Of a stretch of DNA of 64,000 nt, positions 56,012 to 64,000 are shown piece by piece (position 1 is the first letter of the stretch; each line of letters opens with the position of its first letter). This DNA comes from Desulfuromonadales bacterium (GTDB lineage Bacteria; Desulfobacterota; JAENJC01). Under the pieces are notes generated by a model. The model was not told the DNA's origin. It made no database searches and saw nothing but the letters and a program-made list of their open reading frames with translations. The translations under genes were made by a program, and so were the position numbers. The stretch is from contig CAKKSC010000007.1 in NCBI GenBank assembly GCA_919902985.1, positions 16,749-80,748 on the forward strand. The letters run 5' to 3'.

Positions 56012-57781
56012 ATGATAAAAATGCAGCCGGCTAATATAATGAGCCTAAGATTAATTATACTGACAGCATTCTTGATGTTGTTCTCGGCCTGTGGGGCTTC
56101 AGACAGTGGATTACCCAATGGGACGGCAGGAACAACCGGCACTACTGCTACAGGAGCAGCGTCTGCGAGCAGCATCTCTTTAACTGCCACGCCGTCATCA
56201 ATAATGACGACTGCGACATCCGGTATCCAGGCCACGGTCACTACGAGTACCGGGGCTAATGTCACAGATGGGACATCTGTAACATTCACGTTGAGCAGCA
56301 GTCTTATGGGGACTATAACGTCCACGGCAACCACGTCAAGCGGTGTAGCAGCGGCAACATTTACAGCCGGAACAACACCCGGAACCGTCACAGTTACGGC
56401 CACGTCGGGAAGTATAACTCAAACAGCTGCGGTAGTAATAAGTGCGCCATCAACCGGCAGTTTGGAATATGTATCAGCCACACCGCAGGTCATCGGGATT
56501 AAGGGTGGCGGACAGACGGCATCGTCCGCTGTGAAATTCCTTGTAAAAGATATTAACGGGAATCCGGTTGTTGACGGGACACAGGTAAGCTTTGTAATGA
56601 GCGGCCCGAGTGGAGGCAAGCTCCCATCAGCAGGCGGAGAGTATGTCGGCGATATAGATGCGTCTCCTACTACTGCAACAGCATCAACCGTGGGTGGAAA
56701 CGCTACTGTTACTTTAAACAGTGGCTCTGTAGCAGGACCTGTAACAATTGCTGCCTCTGTTACATTCGGTTCTCAGACATTTTCAGCCTCTTCAGCGGCA
56801 ATTTCCATTGGCGGCGGCGCTCCTTCCGCATCCCATTTCAATCTGGCAACAACTAAGTTTAATCTTCCTGGGCTTGTGAAATCAGACAGTCAGGCGACAA
56901 TCAGTGCATACGTTGCGGACAGGTTTGGCAACTACAATGTTCTGACAGGGACGTCTGTCTCTTTCTATGCTGAGGCTGGAGCTATAGATAATAGCAATGT
57001 GACCGATGCCACTGGAAAGACAACAGTAACATTCAGGACACAGGCCCCTGATCCTGCAGAAGTTTCTATTACAGCGGCTGAAACAACTCTGATAAATAAT
57101 TTAAATACGACATTTACTACGAGCATTCCGACGGATGGTTCTTATCACCCAAGGGATGGATGGGTCACAGTATTGGCGTCTGTCCAAGGTGAGGAGGCAT
57201 TTGAGGATGCAAATGCGAATGGTATATACGATAGCGGGGAGACATTTAGTGATTTAGGAGAACCATTTGTTGATAAAGATGATGATGGAGTTAGAGATAC
57301 CAGCCCATTTGAAGAGTATATCGATGTAAATGGCAACGGCAGCTACAACGCTCCCAACGGCGTTTGGGACGGTCCGGGTTGTGCAGGTTCAGGCTGTTTA
57401 TCCAGCAAAATGATATGGACGTCAATAACATTAGCGTTCACAGGAAATGGCTATTATTGCGCGATAAGTCCTTCAAACTTTGCCATTGCAAATGGAGGGT
57501 CTCAGTCATTTTCTGCGATGGTTGGTGATATTAATGCCAACAGGCTTGTTTCCGGTGCTACAATCGCCGTTGCTGCATCGGTAGGTACACTTGCCGGTCA
57601 AACGAGTCATACAGTGCCGGATGGTGTCCCGTCTGGGCCCTCGGTGCTTTCTTTTAACCTTTCAGATTCTGCGCCAACAACAGTGGCAGCTCCTGCGGCT
57701 GTATCTATTGTAACCGTTACTGTAACATCTTCAGAAGTTGTTGCATGTCCTCCGTTTACTGCCGCAGGTACGATACAGTAA
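56012..57781 (+). CDS. large Ig-like (Big domain) surface lipoprotein (paralog of 11026..12834)
   Basis: LEYVSATPQVIGIKGGGQTASSAVKFLVKDINGNPVVDGTQVSF...GGKLPSAGGEYVGD is nearly identical to the block in the 11026 protein. Confidence 0.6.
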   Translation: MIKMQPANIMSLRLIILTAFLMLFSACGASDSGLPNGTAGTTGTTATGAASASSISLTATPSSIMTTATSGIQATVTTSTGANVTDGTSVTFTLSSSLMGTITSTATTSSGVAAATFTAGTTPGTVTVTATSGSITQTAAVVISAPSTGSLEYVSATPQVIGIKGGGQTASSAVKFLVKDINGNPVVDGTQVSFVMSGPSGGKLPSAGGEYVGDIDASPTTATASTVGGNATVTLNSGSVAGPVTIAASVTFGSQTFSASSAAISIGGGAPSASHFNLATTKFNLPGLVKSDSQATISAYVADRFGNYNVLTGTSVSFYAEAGAIDNSNVTDATGKTTVTFRTQAPDPAEVSITAAETTLINNLNTTFTTSIPTDGSYHPRDGWVTVLASVQGEEAFEDANANGIYDSGETFSDLGEPFVDKDDDGVRDTSPFEEYIDVNGNGSYNAPNGVWDGPGCAGSGCLSSKMIWTSITLAFTGNGYYCAISPSNFAIANGGSQSFSAMVGDINANRLVSGATIAVAASVGTLAGQTSHTVPDGVPSGPSVLSFNLSDSAPTTVAAPAAVSIVTVTVTSSEVVACPPFTAAGTIQ

Positions 57782-58057
57782 TTGATTGGATTAGAATGTA
57801 GGGTTTTTATCAGAGGGTCTGCATATTGTGACGCAATTCAGAAGAAGGTGCACCATACGAGGCACGGGATTAAAGAGTTCTGGATAGCTGGCCCGAAAGA
57901 GAAGATGGAAGAGGCATATGAACCGAAGTATGGCCTATATCAACTTATCGGGACTTAAGTTTAGAATGATACTCATGACTCTCGCGTGTTAATAAGTTTA
58001 AGGTTATTATGAATGAGATTTCGCATTCAAATAAAGATTTTTGAATTCTCAGGTGTA

Positions 58058-58110
58058 ATACCAAGCAAGCTTTCATTCGTCTCAGTTGTAGATGTTTGAA
58101 AGCAACTTGG
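58058..58110. repeat. inverted copy of the CCAAGTTGCTTTCAAACAT motif paired with a partial copy (palindromic site)
   Basis: ATACCAAGCAAGCTTTCAT...ATGTTTGAAAGCAACTTGGTAT. 20 nt upstream of the TPR gene ATG. Confidence 0.55.
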
Positions 58111-58130
58111 TATAAAAATATTATGAGCCT

Positions 58131-59177
58131 ATGACGGCAGAAATTAAAGATGATGCACCTATTCCGCCTGAGATAAACAAATACCTGGCAATTCTCAGTA
58201 AAGATCCCGGCTCGATGGTGTTCGCGCCACTGGCGGAGGCCTACAGGAAGGCTGGGATGCTGGATGAGGCGATTGCAACTGCCAGGGACGGCTTGAAGCT
58301 CCGTCCTGACTATGTGAGCGGAATGGTTGCCCTCGGGAGGGCATATTTTGAAAAGGGTTTATTGGCCGAGGCCAGAGAAAACCTGGAGAAGGTGCTTATA
58401 ATTGCGCCGGACAACATCATTGCAGCCGGGATATTAGAGGAGATAAAAAGCAAGTGGTCAGTGGTCAGGGGCCAGGGGCCAGAAAAGCCGGAACCTGTTA
58501 CCCCTGACCTTGAACCTGACAAGGCAGTCAGTCAGGAGTCAGAAGTCGGCAGTCAGAAGATAGATGAGCCGGAGATTGAAGAACTCACTGAACTGGAAGA
58601 GTTTATAGAGTTAGAAGAGGTAGATGCAGAAGAAAAGTCGGGAGATTTTCAGGTTGAGGAGATAAGCTTTGAGGCCCCGGAACCTGGATTGGGGCTTGCA
58701 AAAGAGGTAAAAGAGACAGAGGAAGAGAAAACTGCGGAAGATATAGGCATATGGGGGGAAGAAGCTGCAAGCGAGTTGGAAGCGGAACCGGCGATATCCG
58801 AGGTCATTGAACCTGAAGCACAGTTAAGAAGCCCGGAGGTTGAGGAGAAAGAGGCAAGGTCAAGGAAGGAAATAACCACAGAGACCATTGCCGACCTATA
58901 TATAAAGCAGGGCTATTTTGACAAGGCTATTGACATATACCAGACCCTGTATGATGCTGACCCTGGAAATGATGATATAAAGAGGAAACTTGATGAACTG
59001 AAAAAGCAGTTGTCAGGGGTCAGTGATCAGGGGGCAGAGGTAAAGAGACCAGAGGAAGAGTTAGTGGTAAGGTGGGCTGAGTCGACCGGACAAGGAGCGG
59101 AACTCAAAACTGATGAGAATATAGACAGGCTGGGATCATGGCTTAAGACAATTCAGAGCGAGAGGCGGAAGGGCTGA
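58131..59177 (+). CDS. TPR-repeat protein with acidic linker
   Basis: TPR repeats at the N-terminus and C-terminus. The E/P-rich middle region is partly encoded by heptamer arrays. Confidence 0.55.
   Translation: MTAEIKDDAPIPPEINKYLAILSKDPGSMVFAPLAEAYRKAGMLDEAIATARDGLKLRPDYVSGMVALGRAYFEKGLLAEARENLEKVLIIAPDNIIAAGILEEIKSKWSVVRGQGPEKPEPVTPDLEPDKAVSQESEVGSQKIDEPEIEELTELEEFIELEEVDAEEKSGDFQVEEISFEAPEPGLGLAKEVKETEEEKTAEDIGIWGEEAASELEAEPAISEVIEPEAQLRSPEVEEKEARSRKEITTETIADLYIKQGYFDKAIDIYQTLYDADPGNDDIKRKLDELKKQLSGVSDQGAEVKRPEEELVVRWAESTGQGAELKTDENIDRLGSWLKTIQSERRKG
58454..58558. repeat. heptamer arrays (AGTGGTC x2, AGGGGCC x2; inverted CCCCTGACC; AGTCAGN x5) in frame inside the TPR gene
   Basis: Translated as WSVVRGQGPEKPEPVTPDLEPDKAVSQESEVGSQK. 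Confidence 0.6.
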
Positions 59178-59536
59178 TGGAATTTAAGGAGATATTGGGA
59201 GAGTTTGTTGAAAGGGTAGACGGTGCAAGGGCTGCAACTCTTATGGGGTATGACGGCATTGCCATAGACGAATACCGCAAAGAAGGTGTTGACATAGACA
59301 TCCAGCTCATAGGGATTGAATATTCAAGTATACTCAAGGAAATGAAGCGTGCATCTGAGATCCTTGAAGCTGGAGAAGTGGTAGAGGTTTCAATCGTTAC
59401 AGGGAAGGGTATGGTTGTTGTCAGGGGCGTTACTGATGAATATTTCATTATGGTCAGCCTGACTGTTGATGGTAATCTTGGAAAGGCAAGGTATCTTATG
59501 AAAATGGCTGTGCCGAAACTCAAAGAGTTGTTATAA
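59177..59536 (+). CDS. Roadblock/LC7 domain protein (MglB-like)
   Basis: 119 aa. MEFKEILGEFVERVDGARAATLMGYDGIAID is a typical roadblock-fold N-terminus. Overlaps the TPR gene's stop (ATGG). Confidence 0.5.
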   Translation: MEFKEILGEFVERVDGARAATLMGYDGIAIDEYRKEGVDIDIQLIGIEYSSILKEMKRASEILEAGEVVEVSIVTGKGMVVVRGVTDEYFIMVSLTVDGNLGKARYLMKMAVPKLKELL

Positions 59537-59633
59537 TAATATATTTTGTTGTGTATATCCATATTAGTCATATAAAATCTGTGTATCTGTGTCTAAAATC
59601 CCTTCAAAAAAACCTTGCAAATAGGAATCTAAG

Positions 59634-60704
59634 ATGGTAATAAATAACCTTTCCAGCCTCAAGGACGTCATGAGGGCTGCGCGATGTGATGCCATCCTCA
59701 TCACTGGTATCGAAAATATCTGTTACTTAACTGGTTTTACTGGTTCAAGCGGTGTTTTACTGATAACAGATAAGGGAGGGATATTCTTTACTGATTCCCG
59801 ATATACAGAGCAGGCCGGCAAGGAAATAAAGGGAAAGGTAAAGATAAGGGAATACAAGAAACAGGTTCCTGAGTTGTCTGCCGCGATTATTGACGCAAGG
59901 TTGAAAGAAGTAGGGTTTGAGGATTCGGATTTAACGTTTCAACTATATCAGGCGCTGAAGAAGGAGCTTAAAGGGGTAAAGCTGGTTCCCTTGAAAGACA
60001 GGCTCACTCTCCTGAGAGGTGTGAAGACAAAGGGTGAACTCAGGCTTATATCCGGGGCTGTTGATATTGCTTATAAGGCATTTGAGAAACTCCTCCCCTC
60101 TATTAAACCCGGTAAGAGTGAGGATGATCTCGCTGTAGAGCTGGAATACCTGATCAGGAAGGGAGGTGCAGAGGGCCTGTCTTTTGATGTGATTGTGGCG
60201 TCAGGGGGACGTTCGGCCTTGCCTCACGGAAGGGCAAGCGATAAACTCCTGAAAATGGGAGACCCTGTTGTTATAGACTTCGGGGCCAGGTATAAAGGAT
60301 ATCACTCCGACGAAACGGTTACGCTCTTTATAGGGAAGGCGAGCGAAAGGCTTGCGAGGATTTACCAGACAGTTAAAGAGGCCCATGACAGGGCTATTGA
60401 TGCGGTTAAAACAGGGACAAGTTTTTCTGATATAGACAGGGCTGCCAGGGAGTATATAGAGAAGGCCGGCTACGGTAAATACTTCGGCCATGGGACAGGC
60501 CATGGTGTGGGACTCAATGTACACGAGGGGCCATCAATAAGCCCAAATTCAAAAGGCGTAGCTGAGGAAGGGATGGTATTTACTATCGAGCCTGGAATAT
60601 ATATACCGAAGATAGGGGGGGTAAGAATAGAGGATATGGTTGTTGTTACAAGGGATGGGTGCAGGGTCTTGACGAAGATACCGAAGGAGTTGACGATTAT
60701 TTAG
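59634..60704 (+). CDS. pepP: Xaa-Pro aminopeptidase (M24 family)
   Basis: Metal-ligand motifs HGTGHGVGLNVHE and ...FTIEPGIY. Confidence 0.85.
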   Translation: MVINNLSSLKDVMRAARCDAILITGIENICYLTGFTGSSGVLLITDKGGIFFTDSRYTEQAGKEIKGKVKIREYKKQVPELSAAIIDARLKEVGFEDSDLTFQLYQALKKELKGVKLVPLKDRLTLLRGVKTKGELRLISGAVDIAYKAFEKLLPSIKPGKSEDDLAVELEYLIRKGGAEGLSFDVIVASGGRSALPHGRASDKLLKMGDPVVIDFGARYKGYHSDETVTLFIGKASERLARIYQTVKEAHDRAIDAVKTGTSFSDIDRAAREYIEKAGYGKYFGHGTGHGVGLNVHEGPSISPNSKGVAEEGMVFTIEPGIYIPKIGGVRIEDMVVVTRDGCRVLTKIPKELTII

Positions 60705-60713
60705 TAAGGAGAT

Positions 60714-61277
60714 GTGATGTATTCAACAGCGGAATTCAAAAATGGATTAAAGATTGAGTTAGATGGAGAACCTTTTACCATAGTGGAGTTCCAGCATGTA
60801 AAGCCAGGGAAGGGTGGGGCTTTTGTGCGGACGAAACTGAAGGCTTTAAAGAGCGGAAAGGTCATAGAAAGGACATTCCGCTCCGGTGAGAAGGTGGACA
60901 AGCCTGATGTAGAGGAAAAGAAGATGCAGTTCCTTTATGAGGCAGCCGGCAGCTACCATTTCATGGATGTTGAGAGCTACGAGCAGTTTCAATTTTCCGG
61001 GGATCAGATAGGGAATGGGGTAGGCTTCCTCAAGGAGGAGACGGTGGTGACTGTACTTTTCCATAACCAGAAGGCCATAGGTGTCGATCTGCCGAACTTT
61101 GTTGAGATCGAAATAGCAGAAACAGATCCTGGATTGCGTGGTGATACAGTCTCCAGCAGTGGAAAACCTGCTAAATTAAAGACCGGAGCAATTGTTCAGG
61201 TACCGCTCTTTGTAAATATCGGGGATGTTATAAAGGTGGATACAAGGACAGGTGATTATATAGAAAGGGTTAAATAA
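60714..61277 (+). CDS. efp: elongation factor P
   Basis: STAEFKNGLKIELDGEPFTIVEFQHVKPGKGGAFVRTKLK. Confidence 0.95.
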   Translation: MMYSTAEFKNGLKIELDGEPFTIVEFQHVKPGKGGAFVRTKLKALKSGKVIERTFRSGEKVDKPDVEEKKMQFLYEAAGSYHFMDVESYEQFQFSGDQIGNGVGFLKEETVVTVLFHNQKAIGVDLPNFVEIEIAETDPGLRGDTVSSSGKPAKLKTGAIVQVPLFVNIGDVIKVDTRTGDYIERVK

Positions 61278-61278
61278 T

Positions 61279-61327
61279 GTAGAAACAGGCCTTTAGGCCT
61301 GTTAACATGGCTGAAGCCTGTTTCTAC
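61279..61327. repeat. 50-nt palindromic module GTAGAAACAGG...CCTGTTTCTAC (copy 1, efp-accB spacer)
   Basis: Outer 11-bp stem. The inner arm AACAGGCC can alternatively pair with GGCCTGTT. A second copy lies at 61850..61899. Confidence 0.6.
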
Positions 61328-61347
61328 GTTTAAAACCGGAGGTAGAT

Positions 61348-61809
61348 ATGGACTTAAAAGATATAAAGCAGATAATAAAGGTCTTGGAAGGTACCGATGT
61401 TACTGAGATAGAGGTTGAACAGGAAGGGGTCAAGGTAAGGGTTAAGAGGGGGGGGAACTACCCTGTTATTCCTTTGAGCCAGGTTCAAATGCTACCTCGC
61501 GAAGTTGAGGTACAGTCCGCTTCCTCTTCTGCAAAGGCCGAAAAACCGGTAGAAAAAGAGTCTCCAAAGCTGAAGACCATCGGTTCCCCTATGGTTGGAA
61601 CATTTTATCTCACACCTGCCCCGGACGCTCCGCCATTTGTTGAGGTGGGTGGCGTTGTTACCAAAGGGCAGACCCTTTGCATAATAGAGGCGATGAAGCT
61701 TATGAATGAGATAGAGGCGGAGTGTTCAGGCAGGATAGCATCAATACTTGTAGAAAATGCGAAGCCGGTGGAATATGGCGAACCGCTTTTTATGATAGAG
61801 CCGGCATAA
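61348..61809 (+). CDS. accB: acetyl-CoA carboxylase biotin carboxyl carrier protein
   Basis: Biotinyl-lysine motif [15 protein letters not shown]. Confidence 0.9.
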   Translation: MDLKDIKQIIKVLEGTDVTEIEVEQEGVKVRVKRGGNYPVIPLSQVQMLPREVEVQSASSSAKAEKPVEKESPKLKTIGSPMVGTFYLTPAPDAPPFVEVGGVVTKGQTLCIIEAMKLMNEIEAECSGRIASILVENAKPVEYGEPLFMIEPA

Positions 61810-61922
61810 GAGACGTAAATCGTAAACCATGAGCCGTGAGCTGTGTGTCGTAGAAACATGGCTTTAGCCATGTCAACAGGCCTGAAGACCTGTTTCTACA
61901 AGGATTTAAGATTTACGTTTTT
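61810..61922. repeat. composite structured element: complementary outer heptamer arms enclosing a 50-nt palindromic module
   Basis: Left arm GAGACGTAAATCGTAAACC. Right arm GGATTTAAGATTTACGTTTTT. Inner module GTAGAAACA...TGTTTCTAC with nested hairpins. Confidence 0.6.
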
Positions 61923-61930
61923 GGAGATGC

Positions 61931-63265
61931 ATGTTTCAGAAGATACTTATAGCAAACAGGGGCGAGATAGCGCTTCGGATAATAAGGGCATCCAAAGAAC
62001 TGGGAATAAGAACGGTTGCGGTTCACTCCACTGCTGACAGCGAAGCGATGCATGTCAAGCTGGCAGATGAGAGCGTATGCATAGGCCCTCCGGAGAGCAG
62101 GTACAGCTACCTGAACATCCCTGCCATACTTTCAGCGGCAGAGATTACGGATGCAGAGGCGATACATCCTGGATACGGATTCCTTGCGGAAAACTCAGCA
62201 TTTGCTGAGATGTGCCAGGCTGCCGGGATTAAATTTATCGGGCCTACAGCCAGAAGCATAAAACTGATGGGCGATAAGATAAAGGCAAGGGAGACGATGA
62301 TAAAGGCAGGGGTGCCGGTTCTCCCAGGTAGTAAGAATGAGATAGGGTCTGATGATGAGGCGAGAAAGATTGCCGAAGAGATAGGATACCCGGTTATCAT
62401 AAAGGCGGCGGCCGGCGGCGGTGGAAAAGGGATGAAGATCGTCCATACGCCTGCCAGCCTGATAAGCTCTCTGATGATGGCAAAGTCAGAGGCCCAGGCG
62501 TCATTTGGAAATTCATCTGTTTATATCGAGAAGTTCTGTGAAAGACCAAGGCATGTGGAGATACAACTCCTTGCCGATAACTACTGGAATATCATTCATC
62601 TTGGCGAAAGGGACTGCTCTATTCAGAGGAGACATCAAAAACTAATAGAAGAGTCTCCGTGTCCCGTACTTACTGACAAGATGAGGGACAAGATGGGGAA
62701 GGCTGCTGTGGCAGCAGCTCAGGCTGTCAATTATACCAATGTGGGGACCGTTGAGTTCCTGCTGGATGGTGACAACTTCTATTTTATGGAGATGAACACC
62801 AGGATACAGGTGGAACACCCTGTTACAGAGATGGTTACAGGGATAGACCTTGTAAAAGAACAGATAAAGGCCGCTGCAGGGGAGAGGATGAAGATAAAGC
62901 AGAAGGATATCAGGATTAAGGGGCACAGTATAGAGTGCAGGATAAATGCCGAAGACCCTGTCAAATTCACACCATGCCCAGGCAGGATTGACGGATATCA
63001 TATCCCTGGAGGGCCGGGTGTCAGAGTGGATTCGGCGGCTTATAATCACTACATCATCCCCCCTTACTACGATTCAATGATAGCCAAGCTGATAGTGCAT
63101 GCAGACACCAGGGAAGAGGCTATAGCCAGGATGCTGAGGGCACTGGATGAGTATGTTATAGAGGGGATAAAGACCACCATTCCTTTCCACAAGAAGCTCC
63201 TTACCGACAAGGATTTTGTAGAGGGGAATTTTGATACTAACTTCTTGACAAGATATTTGGGATAA
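61931..63265 (+). CDS. accC: acetyl-CoA carboxylase biotin carboxylase subunit
   Basis: ATP-grasp fold. Conserved accB-accC synteny. 444 aa. Confidence 0.95.
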   Translation: MFQKILIANRGEIALRIIRASKELGIRTVAVHSTADSEAMHVKLADESVCIGPPESRYSYLNIPAILSAAEITDAEAIHPGYGFLAENSAFAEMCQAAGIKFIGPTARSIKLMGDKIKARETMIKAGVPVLPGSKNEIGSDDEARKIAEEIGYPVIIKAAAGGGGKGMKIVHTPASLISSLMMAKSEAQASFGNSSVYIEKFCERPRHVEIQLLADNYWNIIHLGERDCSIQRRHQKLIEESPCPVLTDKMRDKMGKAAVAAAQAVNYTNVGTVEFLLDGDNFYFMEMNTRIQVEHPVTEMVTGIDLVKEQIKAAAGERMKIKQKDIRIKGHSIECRINAEDPVKFTPCPGRIDGYHIPGGPGVRVDSAAYNHYIIPPYYDSMIAKLIVHADTREEAIARMLRALDEYVIEGIKTTIPFHKKLLTDKDFVEGNFDTNFLTRYLG

Positions 63266-63371
63266 GATAAAAAGCAGGCGAAGGTAAGAAGCTGAGAAGG
63301 TGAGAAGATGGAAGCTCAACCCCTTAATTTCTCAACCTCTCAACTTCATAATTAGAAAAGGAGGTATAGCA

Positions 63372-63761
63372 ATGGATTTTCCAAAGGAACTAAAATACCA
63401 CAAAGAACATTGTTGGGTTAAGGTTGAGGGGAACAGGGCGCTTATCGGGATTACGGAGCATGCCCAGGAGGAGCTTGGGGATATTGTTTATGTTGAGCTG
63501 CCGGAGAGGGGATCAGAAACGGAGCAGGACGAGTCATTCGGCACAGTGGAGTCAGCAAAGGCGATATCAGAGCTGTTTGCTCCGGTAAGCGGCCATGTAG
63601 TTGATATAAATGATGATCTTGCAGACCAGCCGGAGTTGATAAACGATGACCCTTACGAAAGCGGCTGGATGATAGAGATTGAAATGAGCGATACCTCTGA
63701 ACTGAAGAATCTCCTTACCGCTGACCAGTATAAGAAGTATATTGAAGAAGAAAAGGGATAA
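63372..63761 (+). CDS. gcvH: glycine cleavage system H protein
   Basis: Lipoyl-lysine motif ESAKAISEL. Start ATG 63372 after an AAAGGAGG RBS. Confidence 0.9.
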   Translation: MDFPKELKYHKEHCWVKVEGNRALIGITEHAQEELGDIVYVELPERGSETEQDESFGTVESAKAISELFAPVSGHVVDINDDLADQPELINDDPYESGWMIEIEMSDTSELKNLLTADQYKKYIEEEKG

Positions 63762-63767
63762 ACTATA

Positions 63768-63850
63768 TTGCAAACTGTAAATTGCAAAATTAAGATGTGG
63801 ATTAGAAAGCTTTTTGTACTTTTCACTTTGCATTTTGCAATTTGAAATCT
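63768..63850. repeat. AT-rich heptamer-array inverted pair after gcvH
   Basis: (TTGCAAA)(CTGTAAA)(TTGCAAA)ATT...(CACTTTG)(CATTTTG)(CAATTTG)AAATC. Confidence 0.6.
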
Positions 63851-63905
63851 TCAATGCGGACATGGCGTCTTATTATCTCCCCCCCATCTGATGGATTCAC
63901 AAATA

Positions 63906-64000
63906 TGGCTATTGATGAGGCCTTATTCAAAGCTGTTTCAGCAGGAACCTCTTTGCCTACGTTAAGGTTTTATACCTGGGAGCCTCCCGCCGTATCTGTT
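63906..64000 (+). CDS. lipoate-protein ligase/octanoyltransferase family protein (5' fragment, runs off window)
   Basis: MAIDEALFKAVSAGTSLPTLRFYTWEPPAVS resembles LplA/LipM N-termini. Commonly found next to gcvH. Confidence 0.35.

Noticed and set aside
23841-63850. Possible CRISPR arrays
   Set aside because: The tandem repeats have 7-nt units with no intervening unique spacers of about 30 nt and no cas genes. They are heptamer arrays, not CRISPR.

Overview
The window is a 64-kb chromosomal segment of about 50% GC. It has sigma-54, PilY1, MglB/roadblock and HD-GYP features typical of a Deltaproteobacteria- or Nitrospirae-like organism. Almost all real genes lie on the + strand. There are two type IV filament systems. 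The first is an MSHA-like cluster (PilN/O/P-like proteins, a secretin, a GspE/MshE ATPase with an MshEN-like N-terminus, a GspF platform, an ExeA/MshM-like ATPase, a TPR protein, a lytic transglycosylase, a major pilin and a pilin fused to Ig-like domains). The second is the canonical T4aP set: minor pilins fimT-pilV-pilW-pilX, a 1733-aa PilY1, and pilMNOPQ. Housekeeping operons include priA; rimP-nusA-ylxR/L7Ae-infB-DUF503-rbfA-nrnA-truB-rpsO-pnp; an M16 peptidase; leuC; PBP1A; aroC-aroK-aroB-aroD; pepP-efp-accB-accC-gcvH; tRNA-Gly(CCC); a PAS histidine kinase with an HD-GYP response regulator; and a TumE-like toxin-antitoxin (TA) pair. Two paralogous operons encode a small Ig-like lipoprotein plus a large one. 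The most unusual content is non-genic: (1) dispersed tandem heptanucleotide arrays (units GTGGTCA / GGGGTCA / CGTGAGN / TGCAAAA) that often form inverted, hairpin-forming pairs immediately after stop codons, and several lie in frame inside genes, including chorismate synthase, which carries three such insertions; (2) poly-C/poly-G tandem-hairpin repeats (seven or more copies, two nearly identical over about 90 bp, one in frame inside aroC); (3) a 70-nt element shared at about 80% identity by the nusA-ylxR junction and the rpsO-pnp leader; (4) direct repeats flanking the tRNA gene and a 50-nt palindromic element on both sides of accB. I saw no CRISPR array, transposase or integrase.
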